Source of the DNA: Dendrobates tinctorius
Taxonomy: Eukaryota
Assembly (NCBI RefSeq): GCF_039654945.1
Contig: NW_027361686.1
Span: forward strand, 17,236,001-17,300,000
Length of the DNA stretch: 64,000 bases
Direction: 5' to 3'
Shown: piece after piece, positions 48,978-62,819 of the stretch
Position numbering within the stretch: position 1 is the first letter of the stretch
Layout: each line of letters begins with the position of its first letter
The notes under the pieces: generated by a model
What the model saw: only the letters and a program-made list of their open reading frames with translations
Told to the model about the DNA's origin: nothing
Databases searched by the model: none
Translations under genes and position numbers: made by a program

Positions 48978-51404
48978 GAATTAGGCTCATAGTCCTCCTG
49001 TGAGCACCTTCATTACGAAAAGCATGCACACTGCCAGCCTTAATGACGCGGCCCCTATGTGTGCTCCCCTTTAGTAAGGGTAGCTTGCCTTTGTTGTTTT
49101 CTATAGCCGGTTATTATAGGCACCAGCTGATCTTTGCTATAAATTCTGTTGATCTATTGAACATTAAGTAATGTTCCTGTGTGTAGAAGTGGCAGAGGTG
49201 GTGCAGATTTACATTGATTCAAGAAGTAAAAAAAGAAAAAAATCAGTTTTACGACACTTTCCTTTATGCTGTGATATTGTTCCATTGCAAAGGTGTTTTT
49301 TTTTGGTTGGTGTAGATAGTTTTTGTGTGGCCCAGTGTCTGTGTTACAAAGAAACCTCTTTGAGATGTCCACCTAAGCCTAACTAAAGTTTTTGGAACAG
49401 TAGCTGAGTGGCAACTTTCCAAATCTCAAGTAAACAAGACATTGGTGCTTTTGCTCAGTTTCTGCTCCAAAAACTCTGAAAAAACTGTGTGCACATAGAA
49501 TAGAGGCAACTTCTCCAATCTGTGATTCACGTTCCGAGTACGGCCTGAATGTTTGGTCTGGCCACACATCTCCTGACCCTAACTCAGCCTCATGTGGAGT
49601 GTAGCTCAGGACAACGGTTGACAATCCGTAAATCGCAGTCTGTAGTCGGACTGAGAATCACATCTTCCCATAGGCGAGAAGCCGGCAGTGTAAATTCCCA
49701 GAAGATGGAGGCTTTGGAGATCGGTCACAGAGAAATCTTCTCTAGATGAGGTGGTGTTGGAGAGGTTTAATGTACTTGCAGATGACATATAAGGGAGCCT
49801 CTCGTGCCCGATGTCATATACATGTGTATGGTGTGTATATCTGTAGATGTACTGTATTTTAAATGAGATATTGTTCGTTACATTGTAAATTGGAGTGTTC
49901 CTGGCAGCTGAATTGTACAGTCTCCGAGCACAGGCCCACGGCTCCTCATGGTGATTCATGGTGTTCATTTATCGTAGGAGGTACATTATCTCTTGTTTGC
50001 TTAGAGATGTTGGTGACTACAATCTCTGCAGCATGTTCAGTCACAGCGAGCCAATGTCAGAATAAGCCAATTATACCTTGGGATTTCTGTGTACATCTGC
50101 AGGGTCACGTATTTCATGCACGCACGTCTATGGGGTTTCTCGCTACGTGGACGTGCTACTAGCTGTTCTCCAACTCTGACGCTGTATTGAAACTCAAATG
50201 CACAAATGGTCTAAAAGGTCGGAAGATACAATGGTGCACACATGGAGAGATGGTAAAACTTCTCATAACATGAGATCGAGGACAGTCTACCGCCCTGTCT
50301 CCACCTCCCATACATATGTACGTACATACTTCCATGTTTTCTTTTATGAAGAGAGCTGGATCAGCCTCTGCTAGATCCTTCTTTTTCTACTGGGCTCCAA
50401 AAGGATTGTAGATGCCTGATCCTTATTTCTCTCCAACATCGTCAGGGCCTAGCGAGGACTTCACACTTCTGATAGTCAGCAGGCCTTCACTGGCACTATA
50501 TGTATGGGCACCAGCCAAATAGTCTGTGCTTTTATATTACACCATCATTTAAGGGAGGGGGAGGCCCCCATCGATTAGCTGGTTAGCCTGGCCCACCAGC
50601 ACTGTGATGGTGGACCTCTAAGGAGGCTTTCCCCTACTTAACAAGATTTCCTGAATGGGCCTAAGCTGGGGTTATATTAGAAAAACATGCTCTGTTCACC
50701 ACCCATGCCAGTGCCGCTCCTCCGCAGGTGCTGCTGAGTTCCCTGCCAGTCATGCAGCAGTGTTACGTGATGGCAACCCTCGATCAGTAGAAGCTGATTG
50801 GCTGCAGCAGTCATATGAGACCCTCACTGTATACCAATGGCTCAATAGAGGAGCGGTGCCAGAGCAGAGTATAGCATTTTTCTTTTTATTACTCCACGCT
50901 TGGCCTCTTCAGAAACCATTTTAGTAGGGGAAACCTTTGTGTTTAAGAATGAGAGGTCTAAGGAGATTATCTGCGTGAGCTCACACTGGCAGACGGAGGA
51001 AAGTAAGCATTTTTATAGGACTTGTACTTCTGTAAATAGGCCGATATTGTCATGGAGATCCTCTCGTCAGCTCACAGAAGCTGCAGCGCACACTTGGCAT
51101 CTGAATACTGGAAACATTGCATTACTAGATTGGTCTGCATGTAGCCAGGCAAAAACCGCTCACTGCGGGGACATGTTTTACCCCAGAGCGAATCAGATCC
51201 CTTATCCTGTAAGGAGGCACTGGTTTGGCCTTGTTGGTGATCCATGTTTTACTCATGTATAGAAGTTTGTAGGAAATTGCACAATCTGACATTTCCTAAT
51301 CTGTTGCCTAAACGGAATTACACAGAGTAGCCAAGGAGATGATACAGCAAAATCAGAACAAATAAAAGTGGCCAATGTTCAAGCAGCTCACAACAGGATG
51401 TGGA

Positions 51405-52325
51405 CTACAATGGACAGAGAACCAGGATTGAGTGGTCTACAATGGACAGAGCACCAGGATGAGTGGTCTACAATGGACAGAGCACCAGGATGAGTGGTCT
51501 ATAATGGACAGGGCACCAGGATTGAGTGGTCTACAATGGACAGAGAACCAGGATTGAATGGTCTACAATGGACAGAGCACCAGGATGAGTGGTCTATAAT
51601 GGACAGGGCACCAGGATGAATGTTCTACAATGGACAGGGCACCAGGATGAGTGGTCTACAATGGACAGGGCACCAGGATGAATGTTCTACAATGGACAGG
51701 GCACCAGGATGAGTGGTCTGCAATGGACAGGGCACCAGGATGAGTGGTCTACAATGGACAGGGCACCAGGATGAGTGGTCTACAATGGACAGGGCACCAG
51801 GATGAGTGGTCTACAATGGACAGGGCACCAGGATGAGTGGTCTACAATGGACAGGGCACCAGGATGAGTGGTCTACAATGGACAGGGCACCAGGATGAGT
51901 GGTCTACAATGGACAGGGCACCAGGATGAGTGGTCTACAATGGACAGGGCACCAGGATGAGTGGTCTGCAATGGACAGGGCATCAGGATGAGTGGTCTGC
52001 AATGGACAGGGCATCAGGATGAGTGGTCTGCAATGGACAGGGCATCAGGATGAGTGGTCTGCAATGGACAGGGCACCAGGATGAGTGGTCTGCAATGGAC
52101 AGGGCACCAGGATGAGTGGTCTGCAATGGACAGGGCACCAGGATGAGTGGTCTGCAATGGACAGGGCACCAGGATGAGTGGTCTGCAATGGACAGGGCAC
52201 CAGGATGAGTGGTCTGCAATGGACAGGGCACCAGGATGAGTGGTCTGCAATGGACAGGGCACCAGGATGAGTGGTCTGCAATGGACAGGGCACCAGGATG
52301 ACTGGTCTGCAATGGACAGGGCACC
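51405..52325. repeat. 31-bp minisatellite, ~29 copies
   Basis: Unit CAATGGACAGGGCACCAGGATGAGTGGTCT(A/G). Confidence 0.97.
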
Positions 52326-52547
52326 TACCTATACTGGCCTAATGCCTTGCCACATGGCCTTCGTTCACCATGGGGACTGACAGCTTGGCACACTCAAGTC
52401 TCACTAACTACTGTAATCTTTTACTTTATAGACAGATTTGGGGTGCTCGCCTATAACTTGTTTGTATGATTTCAAGACTAAGAACACCTTTTGACCAGGA
52501 ACCCTTCTTGTCATTTATTTTATGCTGGGAGTTAATATGATATTTAA

Positions 52548-52925
52548 AGGAATCCTGTCATCATGAATACCGCTGTTAACCAGCAGATATGATGCTCTTC
52601 GGTGCCCGCACGCAGCCGATTGCAGCAGGGAAAAAATTATCTTTATTCTCCCCTCCAGCATTCAGTTAGTCATGGAAGCACCACGGGTTCAGTCATCGCT
52701 CTCAATATACAGAGTGTCCTTTGTAAACACGTCCCCGACCCTAACTGACAGTCGGCAGCAATGTAGACCCAGTGTCAGTCAGGGCCGGGGTCACAGTTAC
52801 AGCAGCCACTTTTCTCCCTGCTGCATTCGGCTGCGTGCATGCGCCGATCAGCATAACTCTGTTAATGTGCAGATTAACTGCATATCTGCAGGTTAACAGT
52901 GTTATTTATGGTGACAGGTTCCTTT
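52548..52925. mobile_element. T2/Kolobok-type MITE related to 12225-14289
   Basis: TTAA|AGGAATCCTGTCA...TGACAGGTTCCTT|TTAA, with shared GCTGTTAAC/GCAGATTAAC arms. Confidence 0.78.
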
Positions 52926-52929
52926 TTAA

Positions 52930-53712
52930 GGAACTTTGTCACCAGGATATTTCATCTAAACTGAGAGCAGGATAATTTATAGACAGAGACCCTGATTCCA
53001 GCGATGTGTCACTTGGCTGCTTGCTGTAGGTTTGATAAAAATCCAGTGTTTTATCAGCAGAAGATTACTAGAGGACTAGTAAATCTTCTGCCATGTAGTC
53101 CTCCATATTCATGAGCTTTCTATAATTGGCTGCTTTCTACCTATACACAGAGTACACAGCTGGCAATAAGTGGGGTTATACAAAGCTCAGCATTCAGAGA
53201 ACTGCTAGATCTGATGCATATAAAACTGATAAGATCAAAACTAAACCAAGCAGGCCCAGTAAGTGACACCTCTCTGGAATCAGTCTCTGCTTCGACATGA
53301 TGCTTCCCATCGCCTCTGGTGGAAGTGACCTACACGAAACGTTCGTTGGGGCTGCAGGAGCACCAGCATCATATCTTGTCTTCCTATGCAAGGCCTGTAA
53401 TTATAATTGTACTGTATCTTAATGCACGTTAAGCAGCAGCACTTTATATCTAAAAGCACCCTTTTGCAGTCGAATTAAATGGACACCTAATAGGATTTTA
53501 TTTAGAGCAAAATATGTAATGACTGAGGTAGCCCCAGACTGTTATATGGTATTGCAGCCTCTGATTTGGTATTAGTAGTTTCTTCATGATTTGTTTGTTT
53601 TTAACATTATATAATAAAAATTAATATTGATATTTTCCACTGTACTTATAATCTTTTTCAGTTATGAGTTTTCCCTCAGATGGGGTAGCAAGAATCTGAT
53701 GACAGATTCCCT
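52930..53712. mobile_element. Second T2/Kolobok-type element abutting the first
   Basis: TTAA GGAACTTTGTCACC...TGACAGATTCCCT|TTAA. Confidence 0.55.
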
Positions 53713-54659
53713 TTAAGAAAATTGCTCATAGTTGTACCTATATATCTTGTTGGATATGAGATCCGCTTTCATGTGTTGGCACATCATCGCTGCATTGTTT
53801 GTTTTGTAATCCTATTATCCAGCATGAAAAGGCAGAAAGGTAGAGTGCTAAAGATACGGTGCTCATAGGGTTAGTACGTCTTGATAGGAAAGAGTTAAAA
53901 AAAAAATTAGGTTAGCAGACTCTCCATAATTTCCATTTACATGATCAGACTGGCAGCAAGGAAGGACCACCGATCAGCTCTTACCTGTGCGCTCTGAATG
54001 ATCTAGGACAATGAGGATAGGCTGCTATTATGTTGGCAGCCAGAGTCCTGTTTACACAGGATCATGTGCTGCTGACAATGATGATCTTTTGTGCTTGTTT
54101 GTTGGGTGAGTAGCAGCCAGTTTACACTTCAACATTGCCATGAACTATCGTTTCTAGAAATGCCCACTTTACCATATTCTTTTAGTATAAACGGACCTCT
54201 ATAGAGTTGTACGATGTATAGGTCATTGACAAGGAGGGAACGGTGCTGCCTGTTGCCGTTCTCCTTTTAATTGTTAGTGCCATTCTTAGGGTTTCTTTCC
54301 AAGGCCGGATTGCCGGCGCTTTGGATGCTGCGGAAACCCCGCTCTGCCCAAAGCGCCGCCCCCTTTTGTACGTTCCGTGACACCGCATGTGTTCATTGAA
54401 CACATACGGTATCACCACTTCGTATCCATAGACTGGGTTATTTTTCTTGTGTAGACGGAGTGTCTACGCAAGCTAAATAGACATGCTGCAGTCTATAAAG
54501 ACGCGCCACATGTCTGGATACGCAGGGCCGCTGGATACGGCCGTGCATGCATTTCATAAAATCCCCTCCACTATGCTGTAACATCTGGACGTTGCTGCTG
54601 TACGCAGCAAGACCTGATGTAATCCGGCCCGTGGAAACATACCCTTAGAATTTGCTTTG

Positions 54660-55590
54660 AAACTAGGAGTAGTACGCAGGGTTTTCATCATTCTGTGCTT
54701 TTGTTTGTCCACTTGATTTTTGGAGATTGCCCTTTCGGTCTCAATGGGATGAAGAACTGGTGAGTTTCCTGGCCATAGACCCAAAATGCCAATGTTTTGT
54801 TCGCTTTTCTATCACCATCATATGCTGGAAAAGTATTGTTAATTCCCAGATTGCTCCTGGATAGTTGATAGTTCTCTTGGGGGATGTTCATATCATTTTC
54901 TTTATTCTTCGAAGGATTCTTCGTTGTGATGAGCGAGTATACTCGTTGCTCGGGTATCCTCCGAGTATTTTGGCGTGCTCGGAGATTTAGTTTTCGTCGT
55001 CTCATCTGCATGATTTGCGACTTCTAGACAGCTTTAATACATGTGTGGAATGCCTGTTTGTTAGGGAATTCCCATATGTATTCAGCCTGTCTACAAGTCG
55101 CAAATCATGTAGATAAGATAACGAAACCTAAATCTCCGAGCACGACAAAATACTCGGAGGACACCCGAGCAACGAGTATACTCGCTCATCACGAGTTCTT
55201 GGTGATAAGTGACTTTTTTTTTTGCGCTCTTCCCTGAGGACAGCCTCCAAAAGCCTTCTCCTCACTGTGCGTGTGGATGCACTAACACCTGCTTTCTGTT
55301 CCTGCACGGGTGTTGAACTGATCCGATAAGTGAAACCTTTAGGAGACAGTCCTGGCACTTTCTGGACTTTTTGGGGCGTCTTGAAGCCTTTTTCACACCA
55401 GGCTGCAATTCGGTGCCAATGGGGTTTTTGTCAATTTTCATGGCAAAGAATGAATTTTTCAATTTTTTGGCAAATCTGATCGTTCTTTATGACAATCTAG
55501 AGTTGATGTAAATTACCAGTGTAAGAACTGAAGCAGCACATTTTGTGAAAACCTAAACGATAAGTCTCAAAGTTTTGATCACAACTATAC
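54660..55590 (-). mobile_element. Highly decayed Tc1 remnant
   Basis: The minus strand reads WPGNSPVLHPIE and AGVSASTRTVRRRLLEA. Confidence 0.65.
54924..55194. mobile_element. Palindromic hAT-type MITE inside the Tc1 remnant
   Basis: GTGATGAGCGAGTATACTCGTTGCTCGGGT...ACCCGAGCAACGAGTATACTCGCTCATCAC, 8-bp flanks ATTCTTCG/GTTCTTGG. Confidence 0.85.
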
Positions 55591-56664
55591 TTCTCCACTT
55601 CCTCTTCCTCTAGTATCCTTACAGTGGTATAGTCTGAGATGATCAAAAGTATCAGGATCTTAGTAAGCAAATTGATAGCCCAGAACAGTCATAAGCTGCA
55701 GCACTCACTGCCAGCTGTGTGAAGACGTTGCACAGACTCTACAGCAACAAAATGGTAGGATATTTTTTGAATTTAGGAAAAAAATTAAAAAAAAAACTTG
55801 GAGAAAAGAGGTACAGAGTCCTTAGAGGGTTGTTCAATTGCTAGCTTTCCCCCCAATAGATGGTAGGGGAACGGTCTATTGGGACATCTACCCATCAGCT
55901 GTGATGGGCCTCTTCTGTGTTTACACCTGCTTAGGGGCTAGTTCACTGTTGAATTTGCTGTATGTTTTTTTTTTTTGTTAAGGCTGTTGAATAATTTTCA
56001 GTGTTTTCCTTTAAATTCAGTGGAATAATCCTACAATACCTTGCACGGCTAAAAAACATGAAGGAAAGTGCAAACTCACCTACAAGTCAATGTAAAGAAG
56101 TTACAGAGGTGTTAGTGAGGCCCTCACCTATCTGATATGGATGTCTTATCCGTAATATTCTAGTATTGCTGAATGTAGTATAAGTGAACAAAGAACGCCA
56201 GTTCCCCTATGGGTACCAAAAGATAAAGTAACATTTTGGATATTTAAAAAAGCATTTGTGTATATGTGTGAGACTATAACTCAGGATGCATGAAAACAAT
56301 CACAAAGGTTTGTTTGTTTTTTCTTTTTAAGGGACTGTGACTCTTTTGTGCGGATCTTTCTGAGATTTCTATCCTGATTATAGTGGTGTGTTACTTACAG
56401 GTTTTCTTGCAGTACTTTCCAGAAAATCACCCTGTAATAGGCCCAGCACTGGCCAAGGACTGCCTCCCTATATTCATGAGTAGCTGGCTTTTACGGTCCT
56501 CCTTGTGCATAGGGTGAATATCTGGGATTCCATAGTATGGGCACATGATTACATGGAGTCTAGTAAGTGACAAAAGACCATAAATTGGGGATCTGCCACT
56601 AGTCGGATTGGATATCAATACGTATTTTGTTTACCCTTAAATATTACATCTGGCAGAATAATGG

Positions 56665-56890
56665 ATTATTTATTATGCTAATTTTGTATAGATTCCAACA
56701 TATTCCTTCGCTCTTTATACACATTGTCATTATAGTCCCCATTGGGGCTCACAATTATATTCCCAGTACGTCTTCGGAGTGTGGGAGGAAACCCACAGGG
56801 AGGACCTAGACAACTAGCAGATATTGTCTTGGGTGAAATTGGACTCAGGCTGCAAACATCACCGCTGCAGAGCCGCTGTGCTTTCACTAT
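56665..56890 (-). mobile_element. V-SINE-like remnant with an L2-type tail (similar remnant at ~38430-38545)
   Basis: GTCCCCATTGGGGCTCACAAT...GGAGTGTGGGAGGAAACCCAC, shared with 38475-38540. Confidence 0.55.
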
Positions 56891-59800
56891 ATTTGTCTCG
56901 TCACTAAACATGAGATGTTCAGGTTCAGCCGAACAGTTTTGAAAAGTTTGGTTCTGTTTCCAGAACAGTACTTGAACACGGAACCCTTTCAAATAAATGG
57001 AGGTGTTTCCACTCTGTCATCTATGTGACAGCGCGAGAAACACCATCTCTGATTGGCAGCAGATGACAGCGTGTTAGCAGCTCTGACTGGCGATAAAAAA
57101 AAAGTTACCGCCGGTCACAGGCGTCAACTGATCTTTACTACTATCATCATCTTGCATCTGGTCTCGCTGATAACATCGAGAGTAGGTGTACAATCATGGG
57201 AGTATTCCCCGGGCAGCGCCTGTGCAAGGTGTCTTCTATTTTTGGTAACCAGTGCAGGCAAACTGACAGCTGGGGGCTTCAACCCTGAGCTGTCAGCTTT
57301 ATCATGCCTGGTAATCAAGAATAGAGGGGTCCCGCACTGTTTTTTTTTTTTTTTCTAAATTAAGTAATTTTAAAAAACTGCGTTGGGAACCCCCCATTTT
57401 TGACATCAAGCCAAGCAGACACCTGTGGGATGGTATTCTAAGACTGGTAAGGGGCCCTGGATATTGCACTCCCGTTCCCCCACTAGTCTAAAAAAAGTCT
57501 GAGTCTTAGAGCAGTTCATGCTCGAAATGCGTACAGCGCTCCTCTGAATTATCCCTATGCGGTAATCCCTTCTAAGGGATATACCGATTATATGATCACA
57601 GCAGCCATGTATATTCTTTTTTTTAAAAAAAAAAAAAAAGTTTATTAATAAAAGCATTGAATTTCATTCCTGGAGCTGGACCTTTTTTCACTTGAGGAAT
57701 ACCATTACCCAACTTGCCACCGCACCAGAGCAAGTGGGAAGAGGCGGGCAAAGCACTAGAATGGGGGAGACCCCACTGTTTTTTTTTTATTTAATTTAAA
57801 TAATTTAAAAAAAAAGAGTGGGAGCCCTCTGCTCTTGATAACCAGTCATGATAAAGCTGACAGCTGATGGTTGCAGCCCGCATCTGTCAGTTTTGCCTGC
57901 TCTGGGCACAAAGAATAGAACAGAGGCCACTTAATTTTGTATTTTATTTATTGCACAGGCACCACCTGGTGAATACACTCCCATCATCGTACACCTGCCC
58001 TCGCTGCGATACCAGGTGTAGGATGATGTGAGTAGTACTTTGATCAGCTGACGCCTGTGACTGGCAGTCTTTTTTTTTTTTTTTCGGATAGAGCTGCCAA
58101 CTCCCACGCTGTCATCTGTATCGCAACATGGGGGGGATCTTCAGCTCTTTTTCCGATGGTAACTAAACATCACCGATCAGAGCTGGTGTTTCTTGCGCTG
58201 TCATAAAGATGACAGAGTGGGAAACACCCCGATGTTTGGGCTGCTGAACCCAAACGGTAAGGGTCGGTGACCAGGATCAGTAAACGCTGTGGTTTAGACG
58301 CTGTTTACTTGTGCAGCATCCAGATGTTACAGCAGTGGATGGGATCTCAAGAAATCCCATGCCCACTATGCATCCACAGACGCCCGTGGCTCACCCGCAG
58401 AGATGGACATGCGGCGCTTCTTTCCAGACCGCAACATGTCTATTTATCTTGCGTAGATGCGAGTCTCTGCAAGATAAATTTCACCCGTACAGTGCATTGC
58501 ACACGGTGAATCTGCACGGTTCAGTAAACTCATGCGGATTCACCTGCATTCAATAGCGCTGCCAATTCCTAAATGTGTGTACATACCATCACACGGACTT
58601 CCTGAAGAAGTACATGTTTGGGGTCCATGCACGGACAAAAAGAATGTTTAAAACTTAAATTTTACGATTTATGGACCCCTAGAAGATGCTACTAATAATG
58701 AAGAAAATCTAGTCCTAGCTGGAGATCCGGGGACCGCCACATGGTATGTCATCTGCCTGCCACTCATGCCAGTTCGTAGAGCGAAGCTGAAGGGCGCTCC
58801 GGCGGCACCTTGTCGGGACTCCTGTCTAGATTTCATGCTGTCCGTGGTTCGGGTGGCACAAACATGTTAGTAGTTTCAATGTGCTTTCCCTTTAGGGATG
58901 TTTATGTGCAGCAGAATCATTTGACACATTTCTGAGACTTAAACAATCTACTTACATCTGAAAGGGGCTGCTCCTGGGGCGCATGTACATGAATTTCAAC
59001 AAGATGATGAATGAGGTTAGTTGCCGAAATGTTTCAGGCTTGCTGCATGTGAATAGACTTTTTTTTTTTTGGCATTTACTAATGATAATTGCCTGAGAGG
59101 ATGGAAAGAGGTCCAGGGTGTGCAGAAATGATCTGAAAAGTGCAGCAAGCATTGATAACTGATCTAGGAGACTGCGTCTGTGCTCTCGCTCTGATACATA
59201 GAGCTGCTCTGATCGGCCCTTACGGAAATTGGACAGAGCTCAATCATGTCAAAGCACTGGATGTATTAAGATCCACTCTTGTGTTGCCTCATACAGCATC
59301 AGCTGTTTTACATTCATCGCTTGTTTTTTTCCCGTCTTTATTTGATGGGGTTTCTTTCTTTTTTTTTTTTACTTTGGGGTGTGGGGGGGTTTATCACCAA
59401 ATTCTACAAAATGCCACATGTGGTTCATGAATTTTGCATGAAATTAGAATTGCTCTTAATTTGTCTTTTAACCTTTTTTTTGCAACTGTTTGCACAAAAG
59501 ATACAGTAAATCAGGAGGGATTTAGAGTACCTTTGTGTTTTTAATAATTTGCTAATTTTAAGAAGTTGCAATTAAAAAATCATCTAAAAAGATTTGGAGA
59601 TTCTAAAGCCCACCCGCAATAGTGATCATAAAAAAACAAAAGCGGGCCAACACCTATAAAATAGACTTAAAAATGAAAAACAATAAGAACTGGACAAAAA
59701 GGGGAGTAAATGCAATAATGAAGTGGACCTTATGGCGATTCGTTAAGCCTGGTGTTGCATATGCCATTCTTAATAAAGAGCTGGCTGGATTAAGCCACTT

Positions 59801-60823
59801 AATGAAACGTCTTTGCTGTGCCAGAAAGCTTACTTTTGGTGAATTGACGGGCAGGCGTAGCTGTGCCCCTTTCCGCATTTGCTCCTCCACAGCTTCTATT
59901 TTGGCTGAGGTGAATCAACTTGATATAAAAGTTCCTGAAATAGTAAAACTTCTGAGTATCTCTGTGTTGTGCAAGAACTGTGACTTTACAAAGTGTGTTA
60001 CATTAGTTTTCTGACCTAAAAGCATTGATGAATCGCAGAAATCTGCAGCATTTAGATGAGCTGACCTCGGCCATGTAACAAGCACTGATTCACTACGGAC
60101 ATGTTGTTGGGTGTTCGTTTATGGTCCTGAAGAACCCCCGATGGGAGCAGATCGTTAATACTGTCGCGTGTCCTGTCTACATGGGTCGATGTGCTGCCGA
60201 TAGTGGATTTCAGGCAGCACAGCAACCCATGTAGACCTGACAGATGTGTTCACACTGGCCAACACTTTTGGACCATTCATTCACCAATTCTCGGCCTCTT
60301 TAATGCACAGTAAGGGTTTGTTCTCATAGAACATATTTTCTATACAGAAGTCCTCGCTGGAAGAATAATAACACGTCTTTGCTTTCTGTGCACAGGAAAT
60401 GCCATTATTAGGAAAGGCTTTTTTTTCCTGGTATGTAGTAACAAGACAAAGTTCAAAGTGACTAGATAAGATAACACTGATGGTGCTGACTGGTCTGGCC
60501 CCACTCAGTAATGACATTTTAGTAAGTGACCACTTCAGACCAATCAGTGGGATCATATTGTCAGCAGCACACCGGTTAATGCCCTGCCACCAATACGGGT
60601 TACCCCTGCTGTGTTCGCTGGTCCATGTACACATGAACCAGTCTTCTCAGGCGCCTTCACACATTGTGACCACCGCAGTCGGTTTTGCCCTTTCAGTGTG
60701 ATTTTCTGACTAGTATGGGCCTTCTATGAATGATCTTGCTATGGGGCCTGCAGTGATTCTTAGATTACACATTGTCACTCAGCATCACCACATTTATTAA
60801 CAATAGTCTTTTCTCTCTTTCAG

Positions 60824-61057
60824 ACATTGAAACCTTGCAATCGCCACGAGGAGTTAACATTTATTCATAGCCTTCAACTACTGAAATTAAAGTTCTGGTG
60901 GAAGTTTGCAGTGTGCTATCCAGCTGCCGTCTCCTTTATGAACTGTGGAGTAAAGGACAAGTGCACACGGAAAACTAGGAAGAGCGCGGGGTCTAGATGG
61001 AGACGTAACAGATTATCATCCAGTGTTCAGCGGAAGATGCAGCCCTCCTTTACAGAG
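60824..61057 (+). other. Candidate internal exon (234 bp) of the host gene
   Basis: Branch-like TATTAAC, tract TCTTTTCTCTCTTTCAG at the acceptor, consensus donor GAG|GTGAGT, non-repetitive sequence, frame 0 open throughout. Confidence 0.6.
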
Positions 61058-61295
61058 GTGAGTGCTCACGTTTCACTCTGCCACAGGCATAAACAAGTGA
61101 TGTCACTTTAAACGTGATTTCATTATTGCAGCTGAATACCCTTTATTAACAAAGAGCAGAAACTGATAATAGTTTAGAATATCCAGTCTTCTCACCTGAG
61201 CAAATTAAGGTGTGTATATATACTTGTGGTAAAGAATAGATATGCTTCTACGGTCATACAGCGAGCAGGGTCATATACCTTTGTATGTATATGTA

Positions 61296-62175
61296 CAGTG
61301 ACTTACAAAAGTATTCACCCCCTTGGCTTTTTTTCATGTTTTGCTATGACACAACTTGGAATTTAACTGGTATTTTTTGTTTGTTTTTTGAGGTTTTGTA
61401 TCAGTTCATGTAAAAAACATGCCTATAACTGTGAACATTTTGTTTTCTTTTTATCGTGAAACAATCAACAAATAGGACAAAATAACTGAAAATGTACCCT
61501 CCTAAAGTCATTACTTTGTAGCGCCTCCTTTTGCCACTTTTACAGCTGCAAGTCGCTTTGGATGAGTCTCTGCTTGGAAATTCTGCAGCTCCTTCAGGGT
61601 TACCTGTAGCCTCTGTGCTGCCTCTCTAAATAATGCCCTCCTTGCCGGGGATGAGAGTTTTGGTGGACGGCCCTCTCTGGGCAGGTTTGTTGTTGTACCA
61701 TGTTCTTTCCAGTTGATGATAATGGATTTGATGGTGCTTCGGGGGATAATCCGAGATTGGGATATTTTTTTTTCTAACCCCACCCTGACTTGTACTTCAC
61801 AACAACTTTGTCGCTCACTTGTTTGGAGATCTCCTTAGTCTTCATGGTGGTGTTAGGTGCCTCTTGCTTAATGGTGTTGCAGCCTCTGTGGCCTTTCAGA
61901 AAAGATAAAATGTATATACTGACAGACAGGTGACACTTACATTGCACACAGGAGGACTTCCGGTCACTAAGCATGTTACTTATGAAGGTAATTGCTTGTA
62001 CCAAAAATATTTAGGGGCTTCATAGCAAAAGGGGTGAATACATAAGTATGTTCCAATTTTTATTTATTTTATCCCATAAATTTAATTAATGCTTGTATTT
62101 TTCTCACTTCATTTTACCAACTTAGACTCTTTAGTGCATATGCATAACACACAAATCGGATTACAGAAATTTATA
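61296..62175 (-). mobile_element. Internally deleted Tc1 remnant
   Basis: TA|CAGTGACTTACAAAAGTATTCACCC terminus. MKTKEISKQVSDKVV and LPREGRPPKLS are fused to RLAAVKVAKGGATK. Confidence 0.85.
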
Positions 62176-62195
62176 GGGGTGTGTGTATGTATGAC

Positions 62196-62699
62196 TTCCA
62201 ACTCCGACCCCACAGCACTGGTCACTACTGAGCCTGTACATAAAGTGCAGCACAGATTCATCTCTACTAAAAGCCCAGATCCTTAGATCAGGAACAGGAC
62301 AGACATTTATAGGACATTTCATAACACCACAGCACTGGTCACTACTGAGCCTGTACATAAAGTGCAGCACAGATTCATCTCCACTAAAAGCCCAGATCCT
62401 TAGATCAGGAACAGGACAGACATTTATAGGACATTCCATAACTCCACAGCACTGGTGACTACTAAGCCTGTACATAAAGTGCAGCCACAGATTCATCTCC
62501 ACTAAAAGCCCAGATCCTTAGATCAGGAACAGAACAGACATTTATAGGACATTTCGTAACTTTCACAAATTTGTTATGACATTTACAGCACATCCTGCAT
62601 TGTACTACTGTACCCAATTTATTATATGTTTTGGAGTCTGTACATTTTATACCGACTCTAACTCTACCAAAATGGAAACTGACTGTCTCCTCAGCCCTG
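62196..62699 (-). mobile_element. Second copy of the hAT MITE with 3 units of the 123-bp repeat, inverted
   Basis: Reverse complement of the 33309-33800 region, ending in CAGCCCTG. Confidence 0.85.
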
Positions 62700-62819
62700 T
62701 ATATACGGTACTTGGACATATGGCATGGAATCTGGTAAAGAATAGATATGCTTTTGCTGTCATATGGCAAGCGGAGTAATATCTCATGTGAGTGTGTGTA
62801 TAAATACATGTGTATATGC

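Noticed and set aside
58930-59270. Unique-looking non-coding stretch (also 48980-49160) as a conserved enhancer
   Set aside because: This cannot be supported without a cross-species alignment.
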